Shown here piece by piece: positions 1 through 9,452 of a DNA stretch of 54,189 nucleotides; within the stretch, counting starts at the first letter, position 1; each line of letters begins with the position of its first letter. This DNA is from Dehalococcoidia bacterium. Its GTDB lineage: Bacteria > Chloroflexota > Dehalococcoidia > Dehalococcoidales > RBG-16-60-22. The notes beneath the pieces are model-generated. The model was not told the DNA's origin. It ran no database searches and was given only the letters and a program-made list of their open reading frames with translations. The stretch is taken from the NCBI GenBank assembly GCA_011192005.1, contig DUFB01000068.1, positions 1-54,189 of the forward strand. Direction: 5' to 3'. The position numbers and the translations under genes were made by a program.

Positions 1-36
1 GCTCCATTTTATCCCGCGAAGTGACCGCTTTCAGCG

Positions 37-714
37 TTATTTACGGGCCCAAAAGAGTGCTTCACAGCCGATAACATTAACACTACTATCAGGGAAAATG
101 CCTCGAAGACTCTCTACAAGGTCTTCGAGGCTATCGTTTAAATTGGCCATGTATCCCTTTTTATTGGCGTATTTAATCGCAAACGTCGCACGCGCGTTAC
201 GATTAATCCCTTCGTATAATATCGTTGACCCGAAAACGACAGCTCCAGGGTTCATTACTTCTTTAACATGCTTAAAGACGATAGACTTGGTCTTCATGTC
301 CCCGGGAATACAATGCAGGAGATTCATCATGCCAACTGAATCGAACGCCGCCGCATCTAAATTAAAAGGCTCGGTAGCGCTCCTACGATATGTTTCTGGT
401 TTGTAGCGAGACAAACGCCTGCTGGCAGCCCGCAGCGAATTGGGATTCAAGTCCATCAATGCAAGCCTGATATCTGTATCTGGAAATTTACATCTATCCA
501 AGAAGTAACCAGTTCCGACACCTATATCAAGATGGTTGGATGATATGTATTGGTTATATAAATCCAGCAGAAAACGCGCCGGACATTTCCATAAAAACCG
601 AAGGTTGTACCATAAAAAAAAGAAATCATATATCGAAAGGACAAACCGTGAATACATGGCACTGCCGGCTTTGACCTGTTCCGTGTTAAAAGATGTCATA
701 TTCCACTCACTCAA
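37..714 (-). CDS. Class I SAM-dependent methyltransferase
   Basis: Motif I HLDIGVGTGYF, motif II LMDLN, FDSV..MNLLHC. Start may be a few codons downstream (MTSFN). Confidence 0.85.
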   Translation of the reverse strand: MSEWNMTSFNTEQVKAGSAMYSRFVLSIYDFFFLWYNLRFLWKCPARFLLDLYNQYISSNHLDIGVGTGYFLDRCKFPDTDIRLALMDLNPNSLRAASRRLSRYKPETYRRSATEPFNLDAAAFDSVGMMNLLHCIPGDMKTKSIVFKHVKEVMNPGAVVFGSTILYEGINRNARATFAIKYANKKGYMANLNDSLEDLVESLRGIFPDSSVNVIGCEALFWARK

Positions 715-917
715 TACATATCTCTGATTCTATCATACGGTTATTTTTCGTTAAAGACGAATGCCATATAACAAGTCCCGCTTATGGTGAATCCCGGCAA
801 TATTGAACAAATAAGAATTATCAAGCAAAAGCACCGTGTGATTAATCTTTTTACAGTTATAGTATCAAGTTTTCGGTTTCATTTTGTTAACAAACATAGT
901 GATACTTTTACGGTGAT

Positions 918-946
918 TTGACAGCCGTTTTTTTGTGCTATATTAT
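918..946 (+). promoter_or_regulatory. Sigma70-type promoter of the IclR/TRAP operon
   Basis: TTGACA (918-923), N17, TATTAT (941-946). The ORF-track GTG at 935 lies inside this promoter. Confidence 0.6.
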
Positions 947-955
947 TATAGAGAC

Positions 956-1783
956 ATGCAAAATGGTAACAACTATTTTGTAGTACGAAACTCTACCTTG
1001 GATAAGGACCAGAAACCGACTTCAATCCGAGCTGTGTACCGTGCCGTGAGAATCCTGGTATGCCTGAGCAACAACACCAACACTCTGACCGAAATAGCAA
1101 ATTGCTGCGGTCTTACCAAACCCACCACCTTCAGATTGATGAAAACCATGGAAGAGTTGAATCTGGTAACCCAGGACCCCACTACCCGTCACTACTATCT
1201 GGGCCCCCTGATTAATCAGATTGCATCTAATCCTCAGGCGAACCATCATTATCTCATAACCAGTGCTCTCGAAGAACTGAGATACCTGTGGGATTTCTCC
1301 GGGGAGACGGCAGAGCTTAATATCATGGTAGGTCTTCAATATATCAGATTGCACGAAATTCAGAGTAAATTCGACCTTAAAGTTGTTCAGGGTCCGGACC
1401 CGGTCGGGCCGATATACGTCGGAGCAACAGCTAAAGTCCTCCTCTCCCAGCTTAACGACGAGGACTTGCAGATAGCCATGAGAAACATAGAAATCAGGCC
1501 CGTTACCGAGTATTCCGTGACGGATAAGAGGGAGTTGAAAAAACAAATCAAACAAATCGGGAAACAGGGATATTCAATCAGCTACGGAGAGAGGATTTCA
1601 GGCGCCTTATGTATATCGGCTCCGGTGAGAAACTACTTCTGGCCGGTAGCCTTAAGCCTGATCGGACCGGAGGTTCGCCTTAAACCGCGACTTGAGGAAA
1701 CTTTAGAGAAGGTCAAGTCAAGTGCGCACCGCGTTTCCGAAAATATTAAGGAATACTTTAAGCTAAAGGGGGTGATAGGATAG
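956..1783 (+). CDS. IclR family transcriptional regulator
   Basis: N-terminal HTH (TLTEIANCCGLTKPTTFRLMKTM..YYLGP) and IclR effector domain (GATAKVLL, GYSISYGE, ISAPV). Start is ATG 956 or TTG 998. Confidence 0.92.
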   Translation: MQNGNNYFVVRNSTLDKDQKPTSIRAVYRAVRILVCLSNNTNTLTEIANCCGLTKPTTFRLMKTMEELNLVTQDPTTRHYYLGPLINQIASNPQANHHYLITSALEELRYLWDFSGETAELNIMVGLQYIRLHEIQSKFDLKVVQGPDPVGPIYVGATAKVLLSQLNDEDLQIAMRNIEIRPVTEYSVTDKRELKKQIKQIGKQGYSISYGERISGALCISAPVRNYFWPVALSLIGPEVRLKPRLEETLEKVKSSAHRVSENIKEYFKLKGVIG

Positions 1784-1842
1784 AACATATGGAAAGAATT
1801 ACCAACCGGCTAAACATGATTAGAGGAGGAATGAAACCAACA

Positions 1843-2919
1843 ATGAAGAAATTATTTATCCTGATTTGTATCGCGCTCATTGCATCCCTGTTTACTGGCA
1901 CTCTGGTATCCTGCGGTGAACCGGAAAAGACGACAACACCCACGACACAACCAACGACAACACAACCAACCACCACGGCACCCCCCGAGCCGGTGGTCCT
2001 CAGTTTTGCCAGTGCAGCCATGGGGAACTATCAGGATCTCGAGCTGGCTTTCGCCGAAGCATTTAACGCCCGCTGCGGCCCCGCCTACACCATCGAGTAC
2101 TTCCCGGCCGAATCGAAGCTTGCTTTCCCAGAGCTTCTAGACGGCGTGAGGACCGGTGCGGCCGATATGGCGGCGGTTACCCCCAATTTCAATTCCTTCG
2201 ACGAGCCGAAGCTGGGCGCGGTAGAGATACCCTTCCTGTTTAACAACCTGGAAGCCCACCGATACGCTGTCCCGCAACTCTATCCTTTGTATGCCGAAAT
2301 ACTGGAGAACCAGTTCAACCAGAAGCTGCTGTGCCTGCATAACTACACCGGCATGGCTCTTATCTCCAACCGGTCGGTGAAGACCCTGGCGGATTGGGAC
2401 GGACTGCTGGTACAGGCGATATCCCCCGTGATTGCGTCAACGATTGAGGCACTGGGCGGCTCCGCGGTAACCGGAGTGCCCTATACCGATTCCTATTCAA
2501 TGCTGGAGAAAGGAACCGTGGACGCGGTGATAACGGCACCAGCCGCTATGCGCGTCTTCGGACTGCCGGATGTAGCCGACTACATGACGGCAGCCTACAT
2601 GACCCCGGCCGTACATGGCTTCTCCATAAATCTGGACACCTGGAACAGCCTGCCGGCGGACGTCCAGGCTATACTACTTGAAGAAGCGCAGAAATATTCG
2701 GACATGATCGACCAGTGGGTCGCCGACGAATGGATTACCGACCACCAGGCAATCGCCGATGCCGGAGTGGATATATACTATCCGCCTCAGTCGGAGATAA
2801 ACCTCTGGAAAGCAGCCTGCCAGTCGGTTATTGACGACCTGCTAGCCCAGTACGGGGCGTTTGGCGATCAGATAATGGCAATTGCTGATGAAGCAAATGC
2901 TTTATATCCCAATGATTAG
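1843..2919 (+). CDS. dctP: TRAP transporter substrate-binding lipoprotein
   Basis: Signal peptide with lipobox LVSC, Thr/Pro linker, DctP motifs (ELLDGVRTGAADM, EIPFLF, YSMLEKGTVDA). AGGAGGA RBS precedes ATG 1843. Confidence 0.92.
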   Translation: MKKLFILICIALIASLFTGTLVSCGEPEKTTTPTTQPTTTQPTTTAPPEPVVLSFASAAMGNYQDLELAFAEAFNARCGPAYTIEYFPAESKLAFPELLDGVRTGAADMAAVTPNFNSFDEPKLGAVEIPFLFNNLEAHRYAVPQLYPLYAEILENQFNQKLLCLHNYTGMALISNRSVKTLADWDGLLVQAISPVIASTIEALGGSAVTGVPYTDSYSMLEKGTVDAVITAPAAMRVFGLPDVADYMTAAYMTPAVHGFSINLDTWNSLPADVQAILLEEAQKYSDMIDQWVADEWITDHQAIADAGVDIYYPPQSEINLWKAACQSVIDDLLAQYGAFGDQIMAIADEANALYPND

Positions 2920-2921
2920 GT

Positions 2922-2960
2922 AAAAAAAAGACGCGCCCGCGGCTGTTACACCGCGGGCGC
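2922..2960. terminator. GC-rich hairpin between dctP and dctQ
   Basis: GCGCCCGCGG-N8-CCGCGGGCGC (2933-2960) preceded by an A-run. Could be a minus-strand terminator or a transcript-stabilising stem. Confidence 0.6.
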
Positions 2961-3003
2961 AAATACGGATTAGAATAAGAATATCCTCAAGGAGTTATCA
3001 TCA

Positions 3004-3543
3004 TTGTTCATCAGGATACTCCGTAAACTGGACTATTGGATTGGCAGTCTCAGTGAACACCTGTTGCTGATATGTGGAACCATGATATTATTGATGGCGT
3101 TTCTGGCAACCTTTGGTGTCATCATGCGACATATATTTGACCCCGAACCCTATTCGTACGAGTTCAGTTACATGTTCCTTCTTTTTAGTGGAGTCCTGGC
3201 CGTAGCTGGCGTGGAGAAGCTTGACCAGCACGTACGTAACGATCTCCTTGCCTCTCGTTTCCCCAATACCATGAAGATAATTATCATCAACATCATCTCA
3301 CCACTGCTGGCGATGGCTTTCTGCACTGTACTCATCTGGAAAAGCATGGATAATGCCCTTTATGCCCTGGACATCGGCCAGACCAGCCAATCTACCTGGC
3401 GGATACCCATAGCCCCAGTAAAATTCTTCATTCCGGCTGGCTTTATCCTGCTCCAGATTATTCTCTTCAGTAAATTTGTTAAGGGTATAAATCTACTTTT
3501 AAGAGGCGGCAAGGGCCCGGAGGAAGGCACTGACACCGGATAA
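3004..3543 (+). CDS. dctQ: TRAP transporter small permease
   Basis: Four TM segments, VIMRH..SYEFS, HVRNDLL; lies between dctP and dctM. Confidence 0.9.
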   Translation: MFIRILRKLDYWIGSLSEHLLLICGTMILLMAFLATFGVIMRHIFDPEPYSYEFSYMFLLFSGVLAVAGVEKLDQHVRNDLLASRFPNTMKIIIINIISPLLAMAFCTVLIWKSMDNALYALDIGQTSQSTWRIPIAPVKFFIPAGFILLQIILFSKFVKGINLLLRGGKGPEEGTDTG

Positions 3544-3567
3544 ATGACGTAAAGAAATTAGGTAACA

Positions 3568-4869
3568 ATGGATCCAACTCTCGCAGCCATAGTATGTGTT
3601 GTAGGTATGCTCTTCTTAATGATGATGGGCACACCGGTTATATATGCTCTGGGTTTTACCGCTTTCGTCGTGGCTCTGTTAGCCTTCGGTCCCTACAGTC
3701 TGGAAAAAATCGGCTGGACTACCTTCAATACCCTCTATAATATTAACTGGACGCCGCTCCCGATATTTGTACTCATGGCATGCCTGATTGCCGAAACGAG
3801 AATCGGCGAGGATATTTATAACGCTGCCCGTAAATGGCTTTCACGTATCCCCGGCGGCCTTATCGTAACCAGCATCTGGGGTGAAGCCGCCATGGCCGCG
3901 GCCATCGGTACCAGCACCGCCACCATCCTGGCGGTGGGCAAGGTAGCCGAGCCGGAGTTTGAACGCTACGGTTACGATAAGGGTTTAGCCATGGGCGGTT
4001 TGTGCTGCGGCGGTGTCCTGGGGCCCCTGATTCCGCCCAGCGCTGGTATGATTATCTACGGCGTCCTCTCGGAGACATCCATCGGACACCTTTTCATGGC
4101 CGGGATGGTGCCGGGTATACTGCTGGCACTGATGCTGGGGGGAGTTGCTGTTTTCATGTGCTGGCGGAATCCCAAGCTGGGTCCTTCGGTAGGCGGCGTC
4201 AGTTGGGGAGAACGAATCTCCTCCCTGAAAAAGGTCTGGCCGATATTCGTGGTCATGCTGTCGATACTCGGTTCAATCTACTTCGGGATAGCCTCGCCTA
4301 CCGAAGCCGCTGGAGTAGGCTGTGTGGTGGTGCTGATTATCGGCGTCGTCGTTTTCCGCCTGCGATGGACAGGACTGCGTCGGGCTTTGCTGGAAGCTGC
4401 CAAGATTAACGGCATGATTCTCTTCATGATGATAGGTGCCTGGTTATTCTCGTATGTTATCGGCAGCTCCGGAGTGGTCAGGACCGTCACCGGATTCGTC
4501 ACCGAATCAAGCCTGTCGCCCTGGCTGATCATTATCGCCATTAACGTCATGCTGCTGATTCTGGGATGCTTTATAGACGCCATCACCATCATGCTGCTGA
4601 CAGTACCCATATTCGTCCCTGTCATCGATGCATTGGGTTTCAACCCCGTCTGGTTCGGTGTTCTTTACGTGGTGAACATGCAGATAGGACTGATTACTCC
4701 GCCGATGGGACTTGAGCTGTTTATGATGAGGACGGCCTTCAACATCCCGGTGGATAAACTCCTGCGCGGAGTCCTGCCATTCCTGATTGTTCTCTTTATC
4801 TTCCTGGCTATCCTCATAGCTTTTCCGGAGATAAGCCTCTGGCTACCCGAGATGATGAGAACCAGATAA
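3568..4869 (+). CDS. dctM: TRAP transporter large permease
   Basis: Multi-TM with LGPLIPPS, LFMAGMVPG, SPTEAAG and IGLITPPMG. Confidence 0.95.
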   Translation: MDPTLAAIVCVVGMLFLMMMGTPVIYALGFTAFVVALLAFGPYSLEKIGWTTFNTLYNINWTPLPIFVLMACLIAETRIGEDIYNAARKWLSRIPGGLIVTSIWGEAAMAAAIGTSTATILAVGKVAEPEFERYGYDKGLAMGGLCCGGVLGPLIPPSAGMIIYGVLSETSIGHLFMAGMVPGILLALMLGGVAVFMCWRNPKLGPSVGGVSWGERISSLKKVWPIFVVMLSILGSIYFGIASPTEAAGVGCVVVLIIGVVVFRLRWTGLRRALLEAAKINGMILFMMIGAWLFSYVIGSSGVVRTVTGFVTESSLSPWLIIIAINVMLLILGCFIDAITIMLLTVPIFVPVIDALGFNPVWFGVLYVVNMQIGLITPPMGLELFMMRTAFNIPVDKLLRGVLPFLIVLFIFLAILIAFPEISLWLPEMMRTR

Positions 4870-4940
4870 CAATTAAATCCGTCAGATTATCAAGTTAGAT
4901 ATTACTTTATCAGCCTATTCTATGAGTCAAGGAGGTTACA

Positions 4941-5696
4941 ATGGGACCAGTGTCGCGCGATTATTCAGCGTTCGATAGACTGAAACTGGAAAGGGAGCCG
5001 GTGGGAGTAAAATTCCTGCCGACCCGACCGGAAGGAATCAACCGAATAAAGACAAAGCTGGCTTTCTGCGAGATGTTCTACGAGGCACAGCAGAGCGAGC
5101 CTTTTTACGTTCAGAAGGAAGACTTTTTATGTGTGGAGCCGCTGCTTCTGGGCATGGAAGACCCGGAACCTGTCCTCGTCAGCGGTTTTGCGGGGGGTTC
5201 AGCCGGACTGTTCAAAGAGACCAGAGCCAACCGTAAAGTATACCAGTACATCCCCAAAATGCTGAAAGGGTCGGTTAATGTTGTTGCTTTCTCGACCATC
5301 GACCGGATGGACTTTGACCCGGATGTGCTCGTGATTACGGCTAACGTAAATCAGGCACGGACACTCCTCAGGGCAGAAGGTTACACTACCGGCGATAAAT
5401 GGTCGAGCAACGGCACGCCCATCATGGCATGCGCGTGGATGTATATCTACCCGGTCATAAGCGGCCGGACAAACTTCACGATTACGGGGCTCAGTCTGGG
5501 CATGGAGGCGATTAACTCCCCGATACCGGAGGGACTATTCATCATATCAATACCCTGGAATGTTCTCCCGACAGTCATGGAAAACCTGCGGGATGATGAT
5601 ATCTACAAGAGCTGGCGAAGCTCCGGTAGAGAGGCGCACTTCAAGCGCTTTGAAAAACGGCTAAACCAGTTGCGCCAGGAAATGTCAGATTTATAA
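4941..5696 (+). CDS. DUF169 domain protein
   Basis: PVGVKF, FCEM, C...LG, FDPDVLVI, ACAW motifs; AAGGAGG RBS. Confidence 0.82.
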   Translation: MGPVSRDYSAFDRLKLEREPVGVKFLPTRPEGINRIKTKLAFCEMFYEAQQSEPFYVQKEDFLCVEPLLLGMEDPEPVLVSGFAGGSAGLFKETRANRKVYQYIPKMLKGSVNVVAFSTIDRMDFDPDVLVITANVNQARTLLRAEGYTTGDKWSSNGTPIMACAWMYIYPVISGRTNFTITGLSLGMEAINSPIPEGLFIISIPWNVLPTVMENLRDDDIYKSWRSSGREAHFKRFEKRLNQLRQEMSDL

Positions 5697-5737
5697 GAAC
5701 CGTTTTTAATGGAGAAAACACGCTAAAGGAGGAAAAT

Positions 5738-6490
5738 ATGAATCAGACCAGATGGGATTATTCCGTATTCGATAAATTCAACTTTGAAAGAAAGCCGGTA
5801 GGCATCAAGTTCCTGCTAAACAGACCGGAAGGACTGGAACAGACGGATAAAATAATGCCTATCTGCCGGTTGTTTACAGAAGCGCAGACGGGACAGCCCT
5901 TTTATGCCACCAAAGATAACTTTTCCTGCGTTGACAGACTGATACTGGGAATGATCGACCCCGAGGCTTATATGGTTAGCGGGCAAATCGGCGCCAAGGA
6001 AAAGATATATCAGGAAGCACGGGCCAACAGCAGGATATATCACCATATCTATAAAATACCCAGAGATACCGTCAGGTATGTGGCTTTCTCCTCTCAGGAT
6101 AAACTTACTTTTGAACCAGACCTGCTGATTATTACCGCCAAGCCGTCCGATGCCGAAATCATATTCCGGGCTCTAAGCTACTCCATCGGTAAGCCGTTAA
6201 CATCAAAATTTACCCCGGTACTCATGTGTGCCTGGGTTTTTGGTTATCCGTATATCACCGGAGAACTGAACTACACCGTTACCGGAATCGGCTACGGCAT
6301 AAGAATGCAGAGAGTACTGCCCGAGGGCCTTTTCCTGATATCCGTACCGTATGATTTAATCCCGATGCTGATAGATAATTTAAAGGAAATGGAATGGGTT
6401 CTCCCGATGACCACGCTCAGCGAGGAAGACAGAAAAGTATTTTCTGCCAGGATAATGGAGGAAATACAGGAAGAATACAAAAACGGTTAA
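5738..6490 (+). CDS. DUF169 domain protein (tandem paralog)
   Basis: PVGIKF, ICRL, FSCV..LG, FEPDLLII, MCAW; AAGGAGG RBS. Confidence 0.82.
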   Translation: MNQTRWDYSVFDKFNFERKPVGIKFLLNRPEGLEQTDKIMPICRLFTEAQTGQPFYATKDNFSCVDRLILGMIDPEAYMVSGQIGAKEKIYQEARANSRIYHHIYKIPRDTVRYVAFSSQDKLTFEPDLLIITAKPSDAEIIFRALSYSIGKPLTSKFTPVLMCAWVFGYPYITGELNYTVTGIGYGIRMQRVLPEGLFLISVPYDLIPMLIDNLKEMEWVLPMTTLSEEDRKVFSARIMEEIQEEYKNG

Positions 6491-6523
6491 ACCACAGGAT
6501 AACAGGCCGGGTAAGGAGGAAAA

Positions 6524-7348
6524 ATGATCGGGAAAATCGTCATTGACGAGGTGAAGAAGCAAAGAATAATTGATAAAGCCGGTCATCTCGGGGCCGGAGA
6601 GGGAGTAAATTACGGAGCCTGAGCGCCGTCCTCATTCGCTTCAATATGCGAAGCCTTCAGGTCTGAAGGCATAGAGTTATTTACACCGGAAGTACAGGTA
6701 ATAATACTCCAGGGGTTGATGGGACTACATTCCGGTATAGCCTATACGGGAGTAGGCACTTGCGGCGGTGTTACCGGCAGCGCCTTTGCCGTCGCTTATG
6801 TCGTCGGCGTTACCGCCGAAGATATAGCCAAAAATCATCGCACTTTCATCGCTCCGTGCATCCCTGTCGTGGAGGATATCGTGGACAGGTTTGAGGAGAC
6901 GTACGGCGCCATAGATTGTCTTAGATTACGTTATAACCGTATCCAGCGTGCCTATGACTTTCTTGACCCCGACGCCGCGGTATACGAAGCGCTTTTTGCT
7001 ACCTCTCAAAGGCAAAAATGTGGAGTACTGGCGGACTGCTACGAGTGCGGGCGCGACCAGGGGATGCCCTCGGTCGGTGCGCGCTGGGGCGCGGAATCTA
7101 TTTGCGACTTATTAAATATGGAACCTGAAGAGCGGAAGAAGCTCCCACCGCATCTGGAAGGCTATGACATGGAAACACTCATGCCGAAGGTCCAGAAGGT
7201 CGCCGAACTGATGAAAGAACTGGGACTCGGGCGCCCTGACGAGAAGATATCCTGGCGGGAGTACCGGACACTCAAGCTGAAAGGTAAGAAGGGAGTTGAA
7301 GAAAGCAGGCCTTGCGGGGTCGATGCACCAAAGAAGGAGAAATATTAG
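6524..7348 (+). CDS. C_GCAxxG_C_C family redox protein, probable selenoprotein (UGA 6620-6622 read as Sec33)
   Basis: AAGGAGG RBS before ATG 6524. Reads MIGKIVIDE...NYGA-UGA-APSSFASICEAF..., in frame with ORF 6716-7348 (GTCGGVTG, GAIDC). The UGA falls at the family's first Cys. Confidence 0.8.
6653..6670 (+). promoter_or_regulatory. Candidate bacterial SECIS hairpin
   Basis: GCCTTCA-GGTC-TGAAGGC, a 7-bp stem with a G-starting loop 37 nt after the UGA. Contains CAGGTCTG, as in the E. coli fdhF SECIS apex. Confidence 0.55.
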
Positions 7349-7582
7349 ACTCCCGGAGAATACAAAGAACAGCACCAATCCGTCAGACATATCTGGGACT
7401 GGATATCAGCCCCTGATGAGATAAAAAGATTGCTATTGTAACCACCAGCTCCGGAAGGTTATTTTTCACTGAGTAGTTGCCCACCGTCCTCATCCAGCCT
7501 TCATTTTGCAGCAGATGGCGGCAATCCCACCGATATTTAATAGCACTACATGATAATAGTGTCTTCTTTTATAGTTGCATTT

Positions 7583-7611
7583 TTGACAATCATCATTCAA
7601 ACGACTATATT
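7583..7611 (+). promoter_or_regulatory. Sigma70-type promoter of the CocE/NonD gene
   Basis: TTGACA-N17-TATATT. Confidence 0.6.
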
Positions 7612-7670
7612 ATTACTACTTCCAGAGAAATAAGCGCATAATAAATCCGTATTTACGAAAGGAGCTAAAA

Positions 7671-9407
7671 GTGAAAAAGGACTGGCGTGAACTCATAAGT
7701 CAACCCAAGTACGGCATTAAAGTAGAAAAAGATATATTCGTAACCGTGCGTGACGGCGTCCGCCTGGCGGTAAACGTCTACCGTCCGGATGCCAGGGGCA
7801 AGTTCCCGGCTCTATTCGCCATGGGGGGTTACGGTAAAGAATTGCAGGAGGTATTGATTCCGCCGCAGCCTCTTTATAAAAGCGCTGTCTGGGACGGCAA
7901 CATCGAGGCCGGAGATACACCCAACATAGTGCCCCGGGGTTACGTGCATGTCATCGCGGATGCCAGGGGCACCGGCGAATCCGAGGGCGAATATTACGGG
8001 ATGGCGACGCAGCAGGAAGGGAAAGACGGTGCCGACATCGTGGAGTGGATAGCGCAACAGCCCTGGTGCGACGGTAACGTGGGCATGATAGGATACTCGT
8101 ATTACGGAAACATGCAATTAAAAGTAGCTATCCAACAGCCACCCCATCTTAAATCTATATGTGTTTCCCACCTTTTTATTGACTTTTACCGCGATGGCGC
8201 CTATTCCGGAGGTGTCCTGAGATTATTCCTATATGGATTGTGGGACGGCCGCCACGGCACAAGCGGTTGCGCACCTAAAAACGCCGTATCGGTAATGATG
8301 AAAAATCTGCCTGAAGAAGAATTCGAGCGCCGACGTAACGAACTCCTGAACGACCCCGATATCCAGCACTACCCCAATATTTACCACCTGTTGAAATATC
8401 CCCAGAAAAATCCCCCCTTCTTCGATATAGTAATGAATCCGTTCGACGGACCTTTTTACCAAGATAAGTCTGTTTACCCTTACTTCGATAAGATTAAAGT
8501 CCCTACATTCGTAGTCGGAAAAATCGGAGGGGCTAAAGGTTACTGGGAAGCTTACGACAATATAGATACCGTTAAGAAACTCTTCGTCAAGCCCACCGGC
8601 CCCGAAGAGCGACCCTGGAGAGAGGATATAGAGACCATTCTACGGTGGCATGACCACTGGCTGAAGGGTAACGATACCGGTATCATGGATGAACCTCCTA
8701 TCAAGATGTGGGTCTCCGGAGTCAATAAGTACCGATACGAAAATAAATGGCCTTTAGAGGGGATTGAATATACCGATGTTTACCTCCGCCGCTGGGAAAA
8801 TCTTTCTTTCGAGCCCGAGCTTTATCAGCCGGAACCCGACTGCTTCCTGCAGCAACCGCTTCATCTTTCCAATAAGAGAGACTCGGTGAAGTACGTCAGT
8901 CCGACTCTACCGGCGGATCTGGAGGTAATAGGGCAGGGAGCCATAAACCTGTTCGCCTCCATTGACCAGGATGACACCAACTGGATAATCAAGCTGTCCG
9001 ACGTAATGCCGACCGGCGCCGAGCGACCGGTAGCCAGAGGAGGGCTGAAGGCATCGCATAAAGCCCTGGATAAAGCCAGGTCCAAGCCCTATGACCCGTA
9101 CCACCCGCATACCAGCGCCGAACCGATTAAACCGGGCGAGATAACTGAATACAATATCGGTCTGGGGCACATAGTAAACGTATTTAGAGCAGGACATAGA
9201 ATTAAGCTGGAGATAGAAAGTCTGGAATCGCCGCGAGACCCCGAGATGCAGATTCACTATCATCCGTCGCTGAACAGCTCCAAGACCACTCTCCATAAGA
9301 TTTACCGGAACAAGGAATACCGGTCGCATCTGATACTGCCGGTCCTTTCCGGTAAGGAGAATGTACTGGAAGTAATGAGCGACGATAATTTCCAGAGCAG
9401 TCTATAA
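7671..9407 (+). CDS. CocE/NonD family serine hydrolase (peptidase S15-like)
   Basis: VRDGVRLAVNVYRP, DARGTGESEG, QPWCDGNVGMIG-YSYYG nucleophile elbow, C-terminal PepX_C-like domain. Confidence 0.92.
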   Translation: MKKDWRELISQPKYGIKVEKDIFVTVRDGVRLAVNVYRPDARGKFPALFAMGGYGKELQEVLIPPQPLYKSAVWDGNIEAGDTPNIVPRGYVHVIADARGTGESEGEYYGMATQQEGKDGADIVEWIAQQPWCDGNVGMIGYSYYGNMQLKVAIQQPPHLKSICVSHLFIDFYRDGAYSGGVLRLFLYGLWDGRHGTSGCAPKNAVSVMMKNLPEEEFERRRNELLNDPDIQHYPNIYHLLKYPQKNPPFFDIVMNPFDGPFYQDKSVYPYFDKIKVPTFVVGKIGGAKGYWEAYDNIDTVKKLFVKPTGPEERPWREDIETILRWHDHWLKGNDTGIMDEPPIKMWVSGVNKYRYENKWPLEGIEYTDVYLRRWENLSFEPELYQPEPDCFLQQPLHLSNKRDSVKYVSPTLPADLEVIGQGAINLFASIDQDDTNWIIKLSDVMPTGAERPVARGGLKASHKALDKARSKPYDPYHPHTSAEPIKPGEITEYNIGLGHIVNVFRAGHRIKLEIESLESPRDPEMQIHYHPSLNSSKTTLHKIYRNKEYRSHLILPVLSGKENVLEVMSDDNFQSSL

Positions 9408-9452
9408 TAAAAGCACTCGAAGATAACTAATAGACTAACAATAGCATATTAC

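Noticed and set aside
1929-1985. AC-rich short repeats as a possible CRISPR or VNTR
   Set aside because: They encode the Thr/Pro/Gln linker of DctP; there is no repeat-spacer structure.
6620-6622. Pseudogene reading of the two in-frame TGAs (6620 and 36803)
   Set aside because: Both fall at expected catalytic Cys/Sec positions, with intact flanking frames and downstream hairpins. Other genes here end normally at TGA, so genome-wide recoding is also unlikely.
7445-7462. CCGGAAGG resembling the SRP RNA loop
   Set aside because: The flanking CAGG and AGCAG of the SRP helix are missing.
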